Source: Felis catus (Eukaryota). From it: a stretch of 64,000 nt of DNA. The notes under the pieces are model-generated. The model was not told the DNA's origin. It saw nothing but the letters and a program-made list of their open reading frames with translations, and did no database searches. Positions 1-12,260 of this stretch are shown here, piece by piece; position 1 is the first letter of the stretch, and the number at the start of each line of letters is the position of its first letter. The position numbers and the translations under genes are program-made. The stretch lies in contig NC_058369.1 in NCBI RefSeq assembly GCF_018350175.1, positions 12,588,001 to 12,652,000 on the forward strand, written 5' to 3'.

Positions 1-320
1 TTCCTGGAGTCCCGGACTTCCACTCGGCTCTCCTGACATCTTCAGAACCGGATGCATGTGCTTGGAGTGTTCTGGGGAGCTGTGCCATGCAAATGCCCTG
101 TGGTTCTCACTAGGAGGGCACAGCAAGCCGGAGCCTGGCTGCCGTGGACGCAGATCACACATTACACGTTGGCTGAATCACACCCGGTCACACTGCAGGG
201 TGCCTTGTTGTCCTTCGAGAAGCTCGTTAGGTGGCGCCGTGAAGGGAGTTGGGAGTGGATTTCGCTTTCGGCGTGCTCCCCGAGACACTTGTGCCCACTT
301 CTCATTCTTTTCTGTTCCAG

Positions 321-474
321 CATCGATACTCCCGGAGTCATCCGACGCGTGTCGCAGCTATTCCATGAACACCCTGACCTCATTGTTGGATTCAACGCCT
401 TCCTTCCCCTCGGGTACCGAATAGACATTCCCAAGAATGGCAAGTTAAACATACAGTCGCCTCTGTCAAGCCAG
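321..474 (+). CDS. SIN3B: SIN3B internal coding exon (human exon 3; PAH1 C-terminal part)
   Basis: ttccag|CATC..CCAG|gtatgc; encodes [51 protein letters not shown]; 154 nt. Confidence 0.96.
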
Positions 475-1109
475 GTATGCCGCTGCAGGGGTTTGAGGGA
501 TCTGGCCTTAACGTGGCCCATTCTGGTACTCGGTCCCCAGGCCCGGTGGTGCGTCTTGTGTCTTACGTTGTGGGAGAGTCAGCGAAGAGCCAGTCTTTTT
601 CCAGATCTGCTGCTCGCTTCTAGCACAGGGCAGAATAGATCAAAATACCTCCACTGCCTGCCTCTTTACCCCCAAATCAATGGATCCATTTGGAGGATTT
701 AAATCAAGAGTGGATGTGTGTGCTTGTGTTGGAGGTTGGGCGGGGGGGCGCATTCTCTTAACAGTTTTATGTCCTGTCAGAATAACCATCCACAGTCACC
801 AAGCTCTTGTCCTGAGGCTTTCCCTGTGAGCGGGCTAGGCAGGCCACACTTGGACTTAGGCACGTGGTCTCTGGGCATCCTAGGTGCCGCCCACAAAATA
901 AAGCAGTTGCGATGCGGGTGTGAATAGCCATGTCAGTGTCGCCGTGCCGCATTTAATTACCAACAGGGCCGCTGGCTCAGACAAGGCTTGTGGCTTTTGT
1001 TCCTCCTCTATCCCTGCAGTCCGTTCTTGCCTGAGCTCACCAGACCCCCTGAGAAAATGAAAGCCTACGTGAGCTTTACTTTCATAAAGTAACCATTGTC
1101 TTTTTCTCC

Positions 1110-1297
1110 ACCTTGGCCCTGTTGCCATAATGCTGTGCTCTTGGTGGGGGGGGGGGGCACCTGGTGCATTGGGGATGTTTGGAAGCATCCCGGCACTCCA
1201 CCCACTAGGCCCTCACCCAGTGGCAACAGCCAAAAGTGTCACCAGACGTCGCCAGATGCCTCCTGGGAGCAAAATCGCCCCCATCGGGAACCACTGG
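1110..1297. mobile_element. MER20-like hAT DNA transposon fragment
   Basis: ccaaaagtgtcaccagacgtcgccagatgcctcctgggagcaaaatcgccccc..gaaccactg matches recalled MER20 end. Confidence 0.7.
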
Positions 1298-2370
1298 TGT
1301 GTGTGAACCCGCTCTTCCAGCCTCTTCTCGCTCTGCCCCAGGGGTTTGGGTTTTTAGCGGGGAGCATAAAACATTGACCACAGGAAGCATTTGGTTGGTT
1401 TCTTGGTTTCGCCTGTGATGAAAGAGTCAGATTTGGAAAGAGAACAGCCAGACGCAGTGTGACAGTGACAGCCCTCTCTGAGAGCGAGGTTTTAAAAAGG
1501 AACTTGGGAGCGTGTGGCCGCTGAACTCCAGAGCCCTTCCCTTTCGCATTTACGAGTGGGGCCCCACGATCCAGACGTAAGGCTCGTGGGTCCAGACAGC
1601 GCAAGCCTGAGTGGGATTAATCTTCGGAACTGTCACAGCTGGCGAGGAGACCAAGCTCATCTGCAGCGGTGTGCACGGGAGCACTTTGACGAGTCCGAAG
1701 CGCCATATAAACACAGGGTGTCATTGCCATCACTCACGAAGAAAGAGCCGAGGTCGAAGACCTAAATTGCGCTCCAGGTGTGGAAATCGCCTCTCTCCAT
1801 CCCCAACCGTTGGAGGAACCCTGCTCGCGGGGCTGGATCTCCGTGTGAACCTGCACGGTGGTTACATTTGGAGGCCGTCCTTCCCGGAAAACAGCCACAA
1901 GGCCCTTGGTGTTGTGTTCACTCCATGGAGAGCTGTTACGGAGAGAGCGAGGCCAGCCCAGCCCTTTCTTCCCCGTGACTTAACAGCTACTTAACCCGGC
2001 TTTATAATCTCGCTGAAGCCCAGAGCCCCGAAACCAGCATGTCTGGAGCCCCCTTCGACGGCCGCCCACGCCATTTCAGTCCACATTGATTGATCTGCCT
2101 GTTTTTCCAGCCCTGCTTCCCGGTGCTCCTTCGGGCCAGGCATAAACGAGGTGGCCTCTTGGCTTCCTGGAGTCCTTTGAGAGGGCATAGTAGCCCAAGA
2201 AATTTTTTTTGTTGATTTTCCTGGCTTGTTTTGAAGTACAGCTTTTTTTTTTTTTTTTCATTTTTCATCTTACAAGTCCCGTCACCTACAGGCAAGGAAG
2301 GAGTAGCTCTCAGATGCTGACAAAGAGAATTAAGGGAGGCCCACACTGCGGGGGGCCCTTTGCCCTTTGT

Positions 2371-2561
2371 GCAGGTTTCTCAGCCTTGGCCCTGTTGCCC
2401 TTGGGACCAGATCGTTCTTTCTGGAACAGGCTGTCCTGGGCACTGTAGGGTGCTGAGCGGCATCCCCGGCCGCCACCCCCCACCGTGTGACAACCTAGAA
2501 GCATCTCCCCATGTTGCTACGTGCCCCTGTGGGATAGAATCGTCATCCTTGAGAACACTAG
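2371..2561. mobile_element. MER20-like fragment
   Basis: ggtttctcagccttggc..ctgtcctgggcactgtagggtgctgagcggcatccccgg..gtgacaacc..ttgagaacact. Confidence 0.65.
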
Positions 2562-4054
2562 TGTGAGAGGAGGACAGACAGACACGTGCCATGATGGGGG
2601 GGGTGCGGCCAGAGGAGGGCCAGGGCAGCACGGGGGGTCTGCCGCCTCCTGAGCCAGTCATCCAGGCCTCCGTTGTAATGTCACTCCTCAGCCCTCGACC
2701 CGCCCCCCCACCCCCCCCCCCCCCCCATCATTCTCACATCACCCCATCTCGGGTGTTTTAAAATAGCAACGCTAGGATGTGAAGTTAAAAATGCGCTGTG
2801 CCTTGGTTTGCCTGGCCCGGCAGACCTGAGCACAGGTCAGGCAGGCCCCTCGTCTGTCTGGTTCACAACGATGTCCCCTGTTCCGGGACAGTGCCAGGCA
2901 CGAGTGGGAGGAGCAAGACGCAGCCTGTGGGTGGGAAAGTGATGAATCTCCCAGCTCCCAGATTCGCTTCAGACCAACCCCGCCTCCCTCCCGGGAGCCA
3001 GCCCTTTTATGGTTGGCGGGAGCACAGGTAGCGGTAGTGAACCTTTAGGGGTCGCTCGCACTCTAAGTGGTCCCTTTCCGTTCAGAGGCAGGCCTGCCGC
3101 GTTTTCCCTGGGGGAGGGTCATTTGGAAGTTCAGTGAGTTCCTGGAGGGTCGCCTCTCACGTTGGTGTCTTAGTCACTCAGGGGGCAGGTGTAGATCACC
3201 TCCTCTGCGCCCAGCGCTGGGGTTTATTCAGAGTCCCTGCTGTCAGGGGCACTTTGCAGGTCCACGTGGGGGACTCAGAGGATACGGGTGGACAGATTAA
3301 TACCCGAGGGGGTTTAGGGCTGCGAGTGAAGGCAGGGGCAGGGTTTGAGGAGCCGTGGGCAGATGCTGCATGAGTGATCAAGAACCCCGCCTGTGTCTTG
3401 GGGTGGAGGTGTCCTGGGTGGGGTTTAAGAGCCTGGGGTGGGAATGAGTGGGCGTGCTTGAGAGACAGCCAGGGAGCCTGTGGGGTTGGGAAGTAAAGGG
3501 GAGAAGGTGGAGGAGAGAGCCAGGAGCATGAGGAACCAGTGGAGAGTTCCAGAAAGGCCGCTCTGGCTGCAGTGCCAGAAATGGACTGAGGGGGCAAGAG
3601 AGGATCTGGGAGGCCATGGAGGGGTCCGTGTGATCCAGGCAGAGTGGGTGGGGAGTCTGTGAAAGTGGGAAGTCCACGGAGGCTCCAGGCGGCCTCAGCC
3701 TCTGGGTGAAGGTGGCAGGCACTTGCTGAGGTGAGCGAAGCCTGGGAGCGGTCCGGGTGGCAGGGTGCCGCCCTGTGTTTGCGGTATGCTGTCTGATGAG
3801 CTGTCTCCTACCTATCCGGGTGGGGCTGTGTGCGGCCACCACTCCAAGGGCTGGCTATGTGGGGCTGGTCATCTGTGCCTAGGAGTATACCTAACCGTGC
3901 CTGTTAGGTCACTAAGGGTAAGCAGACAAGAGAAAAACTTGGATTGTTCTGGAAGGTTTAGAGCAGGGGTTGGCCCGTGGGCCAAAGCCAGCTTATATTT
4001 GTATGGATAGTGGTTTTTACATTTCCCAGAGATGACATTAAAAATGTTTTAGCA

Positions 4055-4427
4055 GGGGCACCTGGGTGGCTCAGTCAGTTAAGTGTCCAACTTTGGCTCA
4101 GGTCACGATCTCACTGTTCATGAGTTCGAGCCCTGCATCGGGCTCTGCCCTGATAGCTCAGAGCCTGGAGTCTGCTTCAGATTCTGTGTCTCCCTCTCTC
4201 TCTGCCATTCCCCTGGCTTGCTCTCTCGCTCTCTCGCTCTCAAAAATAAATAAGCATTAAAAAAAATTTTTTAGGGGTGCCTGGGTGGCTCAGTTAAGCA
4301 TCCAGCTCTTAATTTTGGCTAAGGTTATGATCTCACAGTGAGATTGAGCCCCACATCGAGCTCTGCACTGGGCTTTGAGCCTGCTTGAGATTCTCCCTCT
4401 CTCTCTGCCCTCCCCTTGCATGCTCTC

Positions 4428-4501
<74 letters not shown>

Positions 4502-4694
4502 AACTTGAAAACAAAGATTTTAAGAGCACCTGGATGGCTCAGTTGGTTAAGCATCTGACTCTTGATTTCAGCTCAGGTCATGATCTCATGGTTCATGGTT
4601 TTGAGCCCCATGTCAGGCTCTGTGCTGACAGCTTGGAGCCTGGAGCCCGCTTTAGATTTTGTGACTCCCTCGGTCTACCTCTTCCCCACTTGTG

Positions 4695-4740
<46 letters not shown>

Positions 4741-4762
4741 CAAATAAACATTAAAAAAAAAA
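4055..4762 (+). mobile_element. Three head-to-tail CanSINEs (about 4055-4266, 4274-4503, 4523-4762) with (CT)n and (TAAA)n tails
   Basis: tRNA-derived heads ggggc(a)cctgggtggctcagt, B-box gttcgagccc-like, CT tract, A-rich tails. Confidence 0.92.
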
Positions 4763-4769
4763 CCCACCA

Positions 4770-5510
4770 AAGTTTTGAAATTGTGATAATATTCACATAA
4801 CCTGAATTCCCGTTTTTTAAGTAAAGTATACAACTCCGTGGGTTTGCATATGTTGACACAACCACCGACACTAATTCCAGAACGTTTTTATCACCCCAGA
4901 AAGAAACCGTACCTCCCAATTCTCCTCTCCCACCAGCTTCTGGCAACCACTAATCCACTTTGTAGATTTGCTTGTTCTGGACATTTTATTTCAATGAAAT
5001 CATGTGTAATTTTTTGTGTCTGGCTTCCTTCACGTAGCATTAGGGTTTCGAGGTTTATCCTCCTTGTAGCGTGTGTCAGAGCTTCCTTCCCTTTGTTTTT
5101 TTTTTTCCTAATATTTTGTTTTTAATTTTATTTTAAAGCACACGAGCAGGGAGAGGGGCAGAGAGAGAGAGAGAGACTCTTAAGCAGGCTCCAATGCTCA
5201 GTGTGTAGCCCAACGTGGGGCTCCATCCCATGACCCTGGAATTGTGATCTGAGCCGAAACCAGGAGTCGGACGCTCAACCGACTGAGCCACCCAGGCACC
5301 CCTCTTCTTTCCTTTTTATTGTTGAATAATACTCCCATCGTATGGTTGGACCACATTGTTTATCCATCCCTCCGTTAATAGACACTCGGGCCGTCTGCAC
5401 GCCTGTTTTCGACTCTTTGGTAGATACCTAGGAGTGGGATTGCAGGGTCACGTGGTAACTATGTTTAACTTCCCGAAGAACCGCCAGACCGTTGGCCACG
5501 GCAGCTGCAC
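4770..5510 (-). mobile_element. Old L1 (L1M-type) 3' fragment interrupted by an antisense CanSINE (~5100-5302)
   Basis: ctggcaaccactaatc..tctggacattt..tggcttccttcac..atacctaggagtgggattgc. Confidence 0.8.
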
Positions 5511-5867
5511 CAGGACTCTCTGGCCCTCTTTGCCAAGCCGTGGCCGTGAGGAGAGTTCACCTTGACACAGTGCCTCACTCCAGGGCACTGGAAGGGGTAC
5601 GCCCCCTAGGTGGGCAGCTCCGATGAGCACAGCCGCCTCTGCAGCAAACCTCTGCCCCAAGGCTGCTTCATCCCCCTAACCCTCCCTGGCTCCTGCTGAC
5701 TCCTGCTGACTCCTTCTGGCTCCTTCCGCTGCCAGGCCAGCACACCTGAAAGGAAGGCGGTAGAGGTAATCAGCAAGAGCGTCCCCACCGCTAGGGAGAG
5801 CCGGTATTTAGAATTGTGGCTGCTGCGGGTCTTTGGCGTGTGTGCTTGTCTCGGCTCAGACTTTTCT

Positions 5868-6115
5868 TTTTTTTCTTTTTTTTTTTCAAAAAAATTTTTT
5901 TAATGTTTATTTATTTCTGAGACAGAGAGAGACAGAGCATGAGTGGGAGAGGGGCAGAGACAGAGGGAGACACAGAATCTGAAGCAGGCTCCAGGCTCTG
6001 AGATGTCAGCACAGAGCCCGACGCGGGCCTCGAACTCACGACCTGATCACTCACGACGAGATCGCGACCTGAGCCGAAGCTGGATGCTCAACCGACTGAG
6101 CCACCCAGGCGCCCC
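5868..6115 (-). mobile_element. CanSINE with 17-bp TSD
   Basis: TSD tcggctcagacttttct at 5851-5867 and 6116-6132. Confidence 0.93.
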
Positions 6116-6151
6116 TCGGCTCAGACTTTTCTAGAGTTGCTTCTGCACCCA

Positions 6152-6525
6152 TGTTTTGGGCTGAGTTGTGTCCTCTCCCCAACCCCGTCCCCACCCCCCA
6201 CAATCCATACATTGAGGGCCCAACCCTCAGTATGTCAGAATGTGACGGTACTTGGAGACCTTTACAGAGGTAATTAAGGTAAAATGAGGCCCTTAGGGTG
6301 TCCTTATAAGAAGAGGGAATTTGGACACACGGAGGGACCCACAGAGACGGTCGGCGATGTGAGAACACGGTGAGAAGACGGCCGCCTGCAAGCCCAACAT
6401 GCCTCCAGAGATACCAACCCTGCCGACACCTTGATCTTGGACTCCAGCCTCCAGAACCGTGAGGAAATAAATTTCTGTTGTGTCAGCGGCCCAGTCTTGC
6501 GGTGTTTTGTTACGGCGGCCCGAGT
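6152..6525 (+). mobile_element. MLT1 (MaLR) solo LTR
   Basis: tgttttgggctgagttgtgtcc..gtgtccttataagaagagg..ccttgatcttggactccagcctccagaaccgtgagg aaataaatttctgttg. Confidence 0.85.
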
Positions 6526-7854
6526 GGCATAGCACACCTGTCCAAGAGGACAGCGAGTGTGCCCGACGGGTGTGCCCATCATGATGACAGCTGTGTGCCC
6601 GGCACTCCCCGTCCTGCAGAGTCTCCGGGTCAGTGCTTGGTGCCACGTGCTGGTATCACCGCCCGCCGAGGGGGATGGGAACAGCCGGCTCCGTCTGCTC
6701 CTTCTGGTCATCTGATGATTCCCAGCAGTGGATGAGGCCGGCTCTGTTCCAGGCACTGTTCCAGACACTGGGGATATGGCAGCGAACAAAGTGGCATCTC
6801 TGCCCTCGGGGCGTTTGCCGTCCGGTCGGGGGTGAACAGACAACGAAATGAGTACAATGTGTTATGTGTAGGAAGGTGACACGTGCTGTGGAGAAAAACC
6901 GAGCGAGAAAGGGGCTTGGAATGCTGGGAGACAAGGCCATTCGAGTTTGGCGTGGGGCGGTTCCGGGAGACTCGCCGAGAACGTGTCCTCACAGATACCT
7001 GAAGCGGAGCTGGAGGGATCCCAACCTGCTGGAGAACCAGCTGTGTGTGCGGGGGACCTGCAGGACGCCAGGGGGTCGCCCCTGAAAGCCCAGTCAGGGT
7101 TTGTGGGGCGTCCCCAGAACCGCGCATGAAATTTCAGTTTAGAAACCTCAGCATCCCCTTCTTCATGGGGGTGGTCCCGCCCTGCCGCAGGTGAGGATTC
7201 TGGGCGCCCTGGAGAGAGACGTGTGTGTCTGTTTTCTTTCTCATCTTTGTACGGACGGGAAAGCACACGGACGGCGGGCAGGCATGAGGACTGGCCAGGG
7301 CCCGTCTCCTCTCCCGGGTGACGCGCCCCGGGCTTAGCACCCGAAGTCCCACAGTCCTGGATGGCGTGGGCGGCGGGGCCCCAACTTTGCCGGCACCGCT
7401 GACAGCAGGTGCTTTCACACCTCAGGACAGTCTCGCTGCAGTGGGCTGGCTTGAAAGCGTGGGGAGATTCTACAAACAGCCCCAAACTCCACTCCGAAGG
7501 GGATTACACTGTCCACTTCTCGTGCCTTTCTCCCGAATGCTCGCTTTTCAAGGCGTCCGGTTGTCCATCAAACTTCTGTGTTCTTTGGTGAGACGGAGGC
7601 GAGTTCAGGAGACTCACCGGGCGCCGGGCAGATGCACAGAGTGGGTCAGGGAGGAGTTACCTGCACGTTCCGTGCAGCGGGGCCCCCCCTCCTTCGCTCC
7701 CCCCAAAGGAACGTTTCCCTGCATCTCGTTAAAAACCTTGGCTCCGCGCTGGGTTTTGTGCTTGCCCTTGGCGCAGGCAGTGGCTCTGCCCGGCGTTCCT
7801 CACCCCTGTTCCCGGCGTCAGGACCGCCGGTAACTCGGGTCGTGCTGTTCGCAG

Positions 7855-8055
7855 GAGAATTCGCACAACCACAGCGACTGCACGGAGAACTTCAAGCAGC
7901 AGATGCTGTACAAGGAGGACAAAGCCCAGGTGCCCTTGGAGTCCGATTCCGTGGAGTTCAACAACGCCATCAGCTACGTGAACAAGATTAAGACCCGTTT
8001 TCTCGACCACCCGGAGATCTATAGGTCGTTCTTGGAGATCTTGCACACTTACCAG
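7855..8055 (+). CDS. SIN3B: SIN3B exon 4 (PAH2 start)
   Basis: gcag|GAG..CAG|gtgagc; [43 protein letters not shown]; 201 nt. Confidence 0.96.
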
Positions 8056-8159
8056 GTGAGCGGCCTCCAGTCACACTTCGCCGGCGTTCATGGCGCCGCA
8101 TCCGAGGTGTTCACGTTGTCTGGTCTGAATTCGTCAAACCCTGTAAAATTCTGATCGGC

Positions 8160-8800
8160 TTTTTTTTTTTTTTTTTTTTTAACTGCGATACAGTATACGA
8201 ACCTAAAACCCCCCACTTTAATCTTTTCTGAGTGTCCAGTTCATTGGCATTAACTGTGCAGCCATTACCCCCCTCCATTCCCAGAACCCTTTTCATCTTG
8301 CAAAACTGAGACTCTGTCCCCATTAAACACGAACTCCCCCAGCCCCTGGCTCCCACCATCCTGCTGTCTGTCTCTCTGAATTGGACGACTCCAGGGACCT
8401 CCTGTCATAAGTGGGATCATAACGGTATTTGTCCTTTGGTGTCCAGCTTCTTTCATTCACCATGATGTCCTAAAGGTCCGTCCACGTTGTAGCCTATGTC
8501 AGAATCTCCTTCCTTTTTCAGGCCGAAGACTGTTTCGTGGCCTTGACACCCCAGTTGTGTTTATCCATCCGTCCATTGATGGCCACTTGGCCTGCTCCCG
8601 TGTTTTGGCTGTTGTGAATATGATACTGCTGTGAACGTGGGCAGACCAGTACCTGTCGGAGTCCTGTTTAGTTACGATTTGATTTGATTTTTAATTTTTC
8701 TCAAGATTTTAGGTAATCTCTGCACCCAACATAGCACTTGAATTCAGAACCCCGAGGTCAAGAGTCATGTGCTCTACTGACTGAACCAGCCAGGCGCCCC
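8160..8800 (-). mobile_element. L1MB-like 3' end followed by a partial antisense CanSINE (~8700-8800)
   Basis: T-run, ttcatcttgcaaaactgagactctgtccccattaaac, gtgggatcata..; gaaccagccaggcgcccc. Confidence 0.8.
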
Positions 8801-9445
8801 CCGTTAGGATTTTAATGTGCTCTTTGAGGCACTTCTGCATCCAAGAAGTACTAGGAAGCACCTAATACAGGGATTTAAAAAGGACCTAAGAAGCTGGTCT
8901 TCTTTTTATAAGAAGGCTTCTCGATTGTTGTGACAACACAGCTACCCTTTATTTATGCTAATTGCCAGCAAGTTCTGTGCATGGCCTGGGGCGACAGAGA
9001 TAAGTGGTTGCTGCTTGGTTCGGTCTGGAAGGGGAAACTTAGAGCTCTGCGGGGTGGAGAAAAAAAAGAAGTGTGTGGGAGGAGGCCTGGGGTTCATGGT
9101 TGCCAACCCTGGACGGGGGTGGGGGGGTAGTAGGGGTCAGGAGGGGGAGATTCAGGTTGAATTTGACACACCAGTCAGAACCATCAGGCAGCTGAGTGTA
9201 GACAAAGGGTGGACTGTCTCGAAGCCAGGAAGGTCTGTGGAGTGCAGTCACAGGGGTCAGATCAGATAGAGGGCTTCAGGGGACCTGAGGGCTGGGAGGG
9301 AAATGTCAAGGCCACTTGATGGGAGGGCTCACTCCCCTTAGAGCCACGGAGCAGGAATGTCATGCTGTGCACTCTAGGGAGCCCCAGCACCGCCACCTTT
9401 GTTCTGTCACGTCCTTGGGGATCAAGTTGACAGGGACTTATTTCT

Positions 9446-9663
9446 TTTTTTTTTTTTTTCAACGTTTATTTATTTTTGGGACAGAGAGAGACAGAGCATG
9501 AACGGGCGAGGGGCAGAGAGAGAGGGAGACACAGAATTGGAAACAGGCTCCAGGCTCTGAGCCATCAGCCCAGAGCCCGACGCGGGGCTCGAACTCACGG
9601 ACCGCGAGATCGTGACCTGGCTGAAGTCGGACGCTTAACCGACTGCGCCACCCAGGCTCCCCA
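9446..9663 (-). mobile_element. Young felid CanSINE with 17-bp TSD
   Basis: TSD gacagggacttatttct at 9429-9445 and 9664-9680; CpG-rich body. Confidence 0.95.
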
Positions 9664-10335
9664 GACAGGGACTTATTTCTAATGGCTGTCCTGAGTTCTG
9701 CTTGCTGTTTCCGCCCCTCCCGACCCTGGTCCCCTCCAGTCTTCATCTTGTCGCTTTAAGCTCCAGGTCGGGCCGTCTTCCTTCAACCATTGGGGTCTTT
9801 GTGACTCCGGGTGGACAGGCCCCTCATCCTCGAAGTCCCTTCCCTTCAAGGTCCGGCCTTAGCTCCACGCTCCCCTCCCCCCTGCGCGGCAAAACACGCC
9901 CCTTCGCCCTTGGGAGGGGAGAGGGCTCATCACTCACCTTGTACTTCCCCAGCCTCTGGTTGAGGACACGCAAGGGTGGAGGCCAAATCGTTGATGGCAC
10001 GACTGTGCCCCGCTCTCATTCCGTCCACACTCCTACACAAGCCCCATCCCTGGCCAGGGCTCAGGCTGTGTCGTGCGGTGGGACCAGGACAAAATCGTGC
10101 AGAGCTATTCTCCAGAGCGAGGGGGCCCAGCGCGGGGCACCCCGGGGTGTCAGCAGGATGGCAGGCCGCACTCCTGTCTCCTGGTGGTGGCGGTCACGGG
10201 CTCAGTCGGCCGGTTAGTTCTCTGTTCCTTGAGTCATCCCTCTGTCTCCTCCACAGCGGGATGCCTGAATGTCACAGCCTGGGGGGCCTCGTTCCTTGGC
10301 TAACGACTCATTTTCCCTTTCCCGAAAATCGGCAG

Positions 10336-10479
10336 AAGGAGCAGCTGAGCACGAAGGGCCGGCCATTCCGAGGCATGTCCGAGGAGGAGGTGTTCACCGA
10401 GGTGGCCAATCTCTTCCGGGGCCAGGAGGACCTGCTGTCCGAGTTTGGACAGTTCCTGCCTGAAGCCAAGCGCTCCCTG
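10336..10479 (+). CDS. SIN3B: SIN3B exon 5 (PAH2 end)
   Basis: ggcag|AAG..CTG|gtgagt; [48 protein letters not shown]; 144 nt. Confidence 0.95.
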
Positions 10480-10914
10480 GTGAGTACAGAGTGTCCACTG
10501 TGACCCGAGGGCCACCTTCTTCTCAGCCGGGACCCTGTTTCTCAGGGCAGCCCTGAAGACCAGGCCAGCCTTACCCGCCCCCTCCCCACCCCGCCCGGGA
10601 CACACTGGCTTCCCCCAGAAGCCACACAGCGTGCAGACACCCATGGGCTCCCCGTTCAGGCTCACGTCCACATCCTGCTGGGGCAGGTCCTGCTGTGGAG
10701 ACCTGCCTGCAACCGGTGCCCAATGGGCAGGTGCAGGTGGGGGCAGTCCAAGGCAGCGTGGGGAACGGGGGGCACAGAGGGCGAGGAGGGGCTTGGGAGC
10801 GGAGGGCAGGCGCGTAGACCGCATCCTCGGCCTTTCCCCCCCCTGCCGTGGCCCGAGGCCCGCCGGGCTGCCCTTGCCACATCCTTTTCATTTTATTTTC
10901 TGTGAACGTAAGGC

Positions 10915-12260
10915 TTTTTAAAACTTGAAGTGAAATTCACGTAACGTAAAATACACCATTTTGAAGCATTCGGTTCAGTGGCATTTGGTTCACAGTATTA
11001 TTCAACCAGCACTTCTGTCCAGTTCCAGAGCATTTTCATCACCCCGAAGGAGACCCTGGGCCCCGGGCGCAGGCACTCCCCACTCCTCCTCGCCCAGCCC
11101 CCGGCACCCGCCAGGCTGCTTTCTGTCCCTGTAGATTGACCTATTCTGGACGTTTCGGGTAAAGGAGATCACATGTGACGTGGTCTTTAGTGTCTGGCTT
11201 CCACTCAGCGTGACATCCCCGAGGTTCATCCACGTCATGACATGCGCCCAACCCTCGTTCCTCGTTATGGCTGAGTCATACTCCTTTGTGTGGACGGACT
11301 GCATTTGCTGTATCCCTTCCGCCGTTAGTGGACATCTGGGTTGTTTTCTTTTAGGGGATTGTGAGTGACGCTGCTGTGAACGGGCATGTGCAGGGACTGA
11401 TTTGAGTCCCCGATTTCCGTTCTTTGGGGTCTATACCAAGGAGTGGAATTGCTGAGTCATACGGAGACTCTATGTTTAACTTTTTAAGGAGCTGCCAAAA
11501 CTGTTCCACAGCAGCTGCACCGTTTTACATTCTCGCCGGCCGAGCACTTCACCTCGTCCCCAGCACTTGGTGGTTTTTGTTTCGTTTTGTTTAAAAATGT
11601 TTTTTTCTAACATTTATTTATTTTTGAGAGACAGAGCGAAACAGAGCACGGGCTGGGGAGGGGCGGAGAGAGGGAGACACAGAATCCAAAGCAGGCTCCA
11701 GGCTCTGGGATGTCAGGCCAGAGCCCGACGCAGAGCTCGATTCAGCAGAGCTGAATCTGTTTATTAGCTTTATTTTTTATTTATTTTTAAAAGCTGATTT
11801 TGTTTTTGAGAGAGAACATGCAGGTGGGGGAGAGGCAGAGAGAGAAAGGGAGAGAGAGGATCCCCAGCAGGCTCCACACTGTCAGCACAGAGCCTGACAC
11901 AGGGCTGGAACCCGTGAATCGTGAGATCGTAACCTGAGGTGAAATCAAGAGTGGGATGTTTAACCGACTGAGCCACGCTGTTTGTTAGCTTTAATAGTCT
12001 TGTGTCTTCACTAGGAATTTTTATGTACGTGATACCATGCCATCTGCTGATACGGTTTTCCTTCTTTTCCAATTTGGGTGCCTTTTATTTCTTTTTCTTG
12101 GCCTAATTGTTGTGTTGAACAGAAGTGGGAGCAGGCGTCCCTGCCTTGGTGCTGACCTTAGAGGGGAGGCTTTCCGGCTTTCAACGGAGTGTGCTGGGAG
12201 CTTTGGGCTTGTCGTAAATGCCTGTCATCAGATTGAAGAAATGCTTTTCTATTCCTAGTT
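10915..12260 (-). mobile_element. L1M fragments with two antisense CanSINEs (~11600-11745, ~11790-11976)
   Basis: ttccagagcattttcatcaccccgaagg..gagtggaattgctgagtcata..; ccttggtgctgaccttagagggga. Confidence 0.78.

Noticed and set aside
2697..2727. Long C/G homopolymers (also ~22593, 29009, 32682, 36372)
   Set aside because: Common in GC-rich felid DNA and prone to length error; no specific function evident.
4055..4140. tRNA-like A/B boxes
   Set aside because: tRNA-derived CanSINE heads, not tRNA genes; no complete cloverleaf.
4066..4946. Short ORFs such as MAQSVKCPTLAQV and MAQLVKHLTLDF
   Set aside because: Translations of SINE sequence that recur throughout the window.
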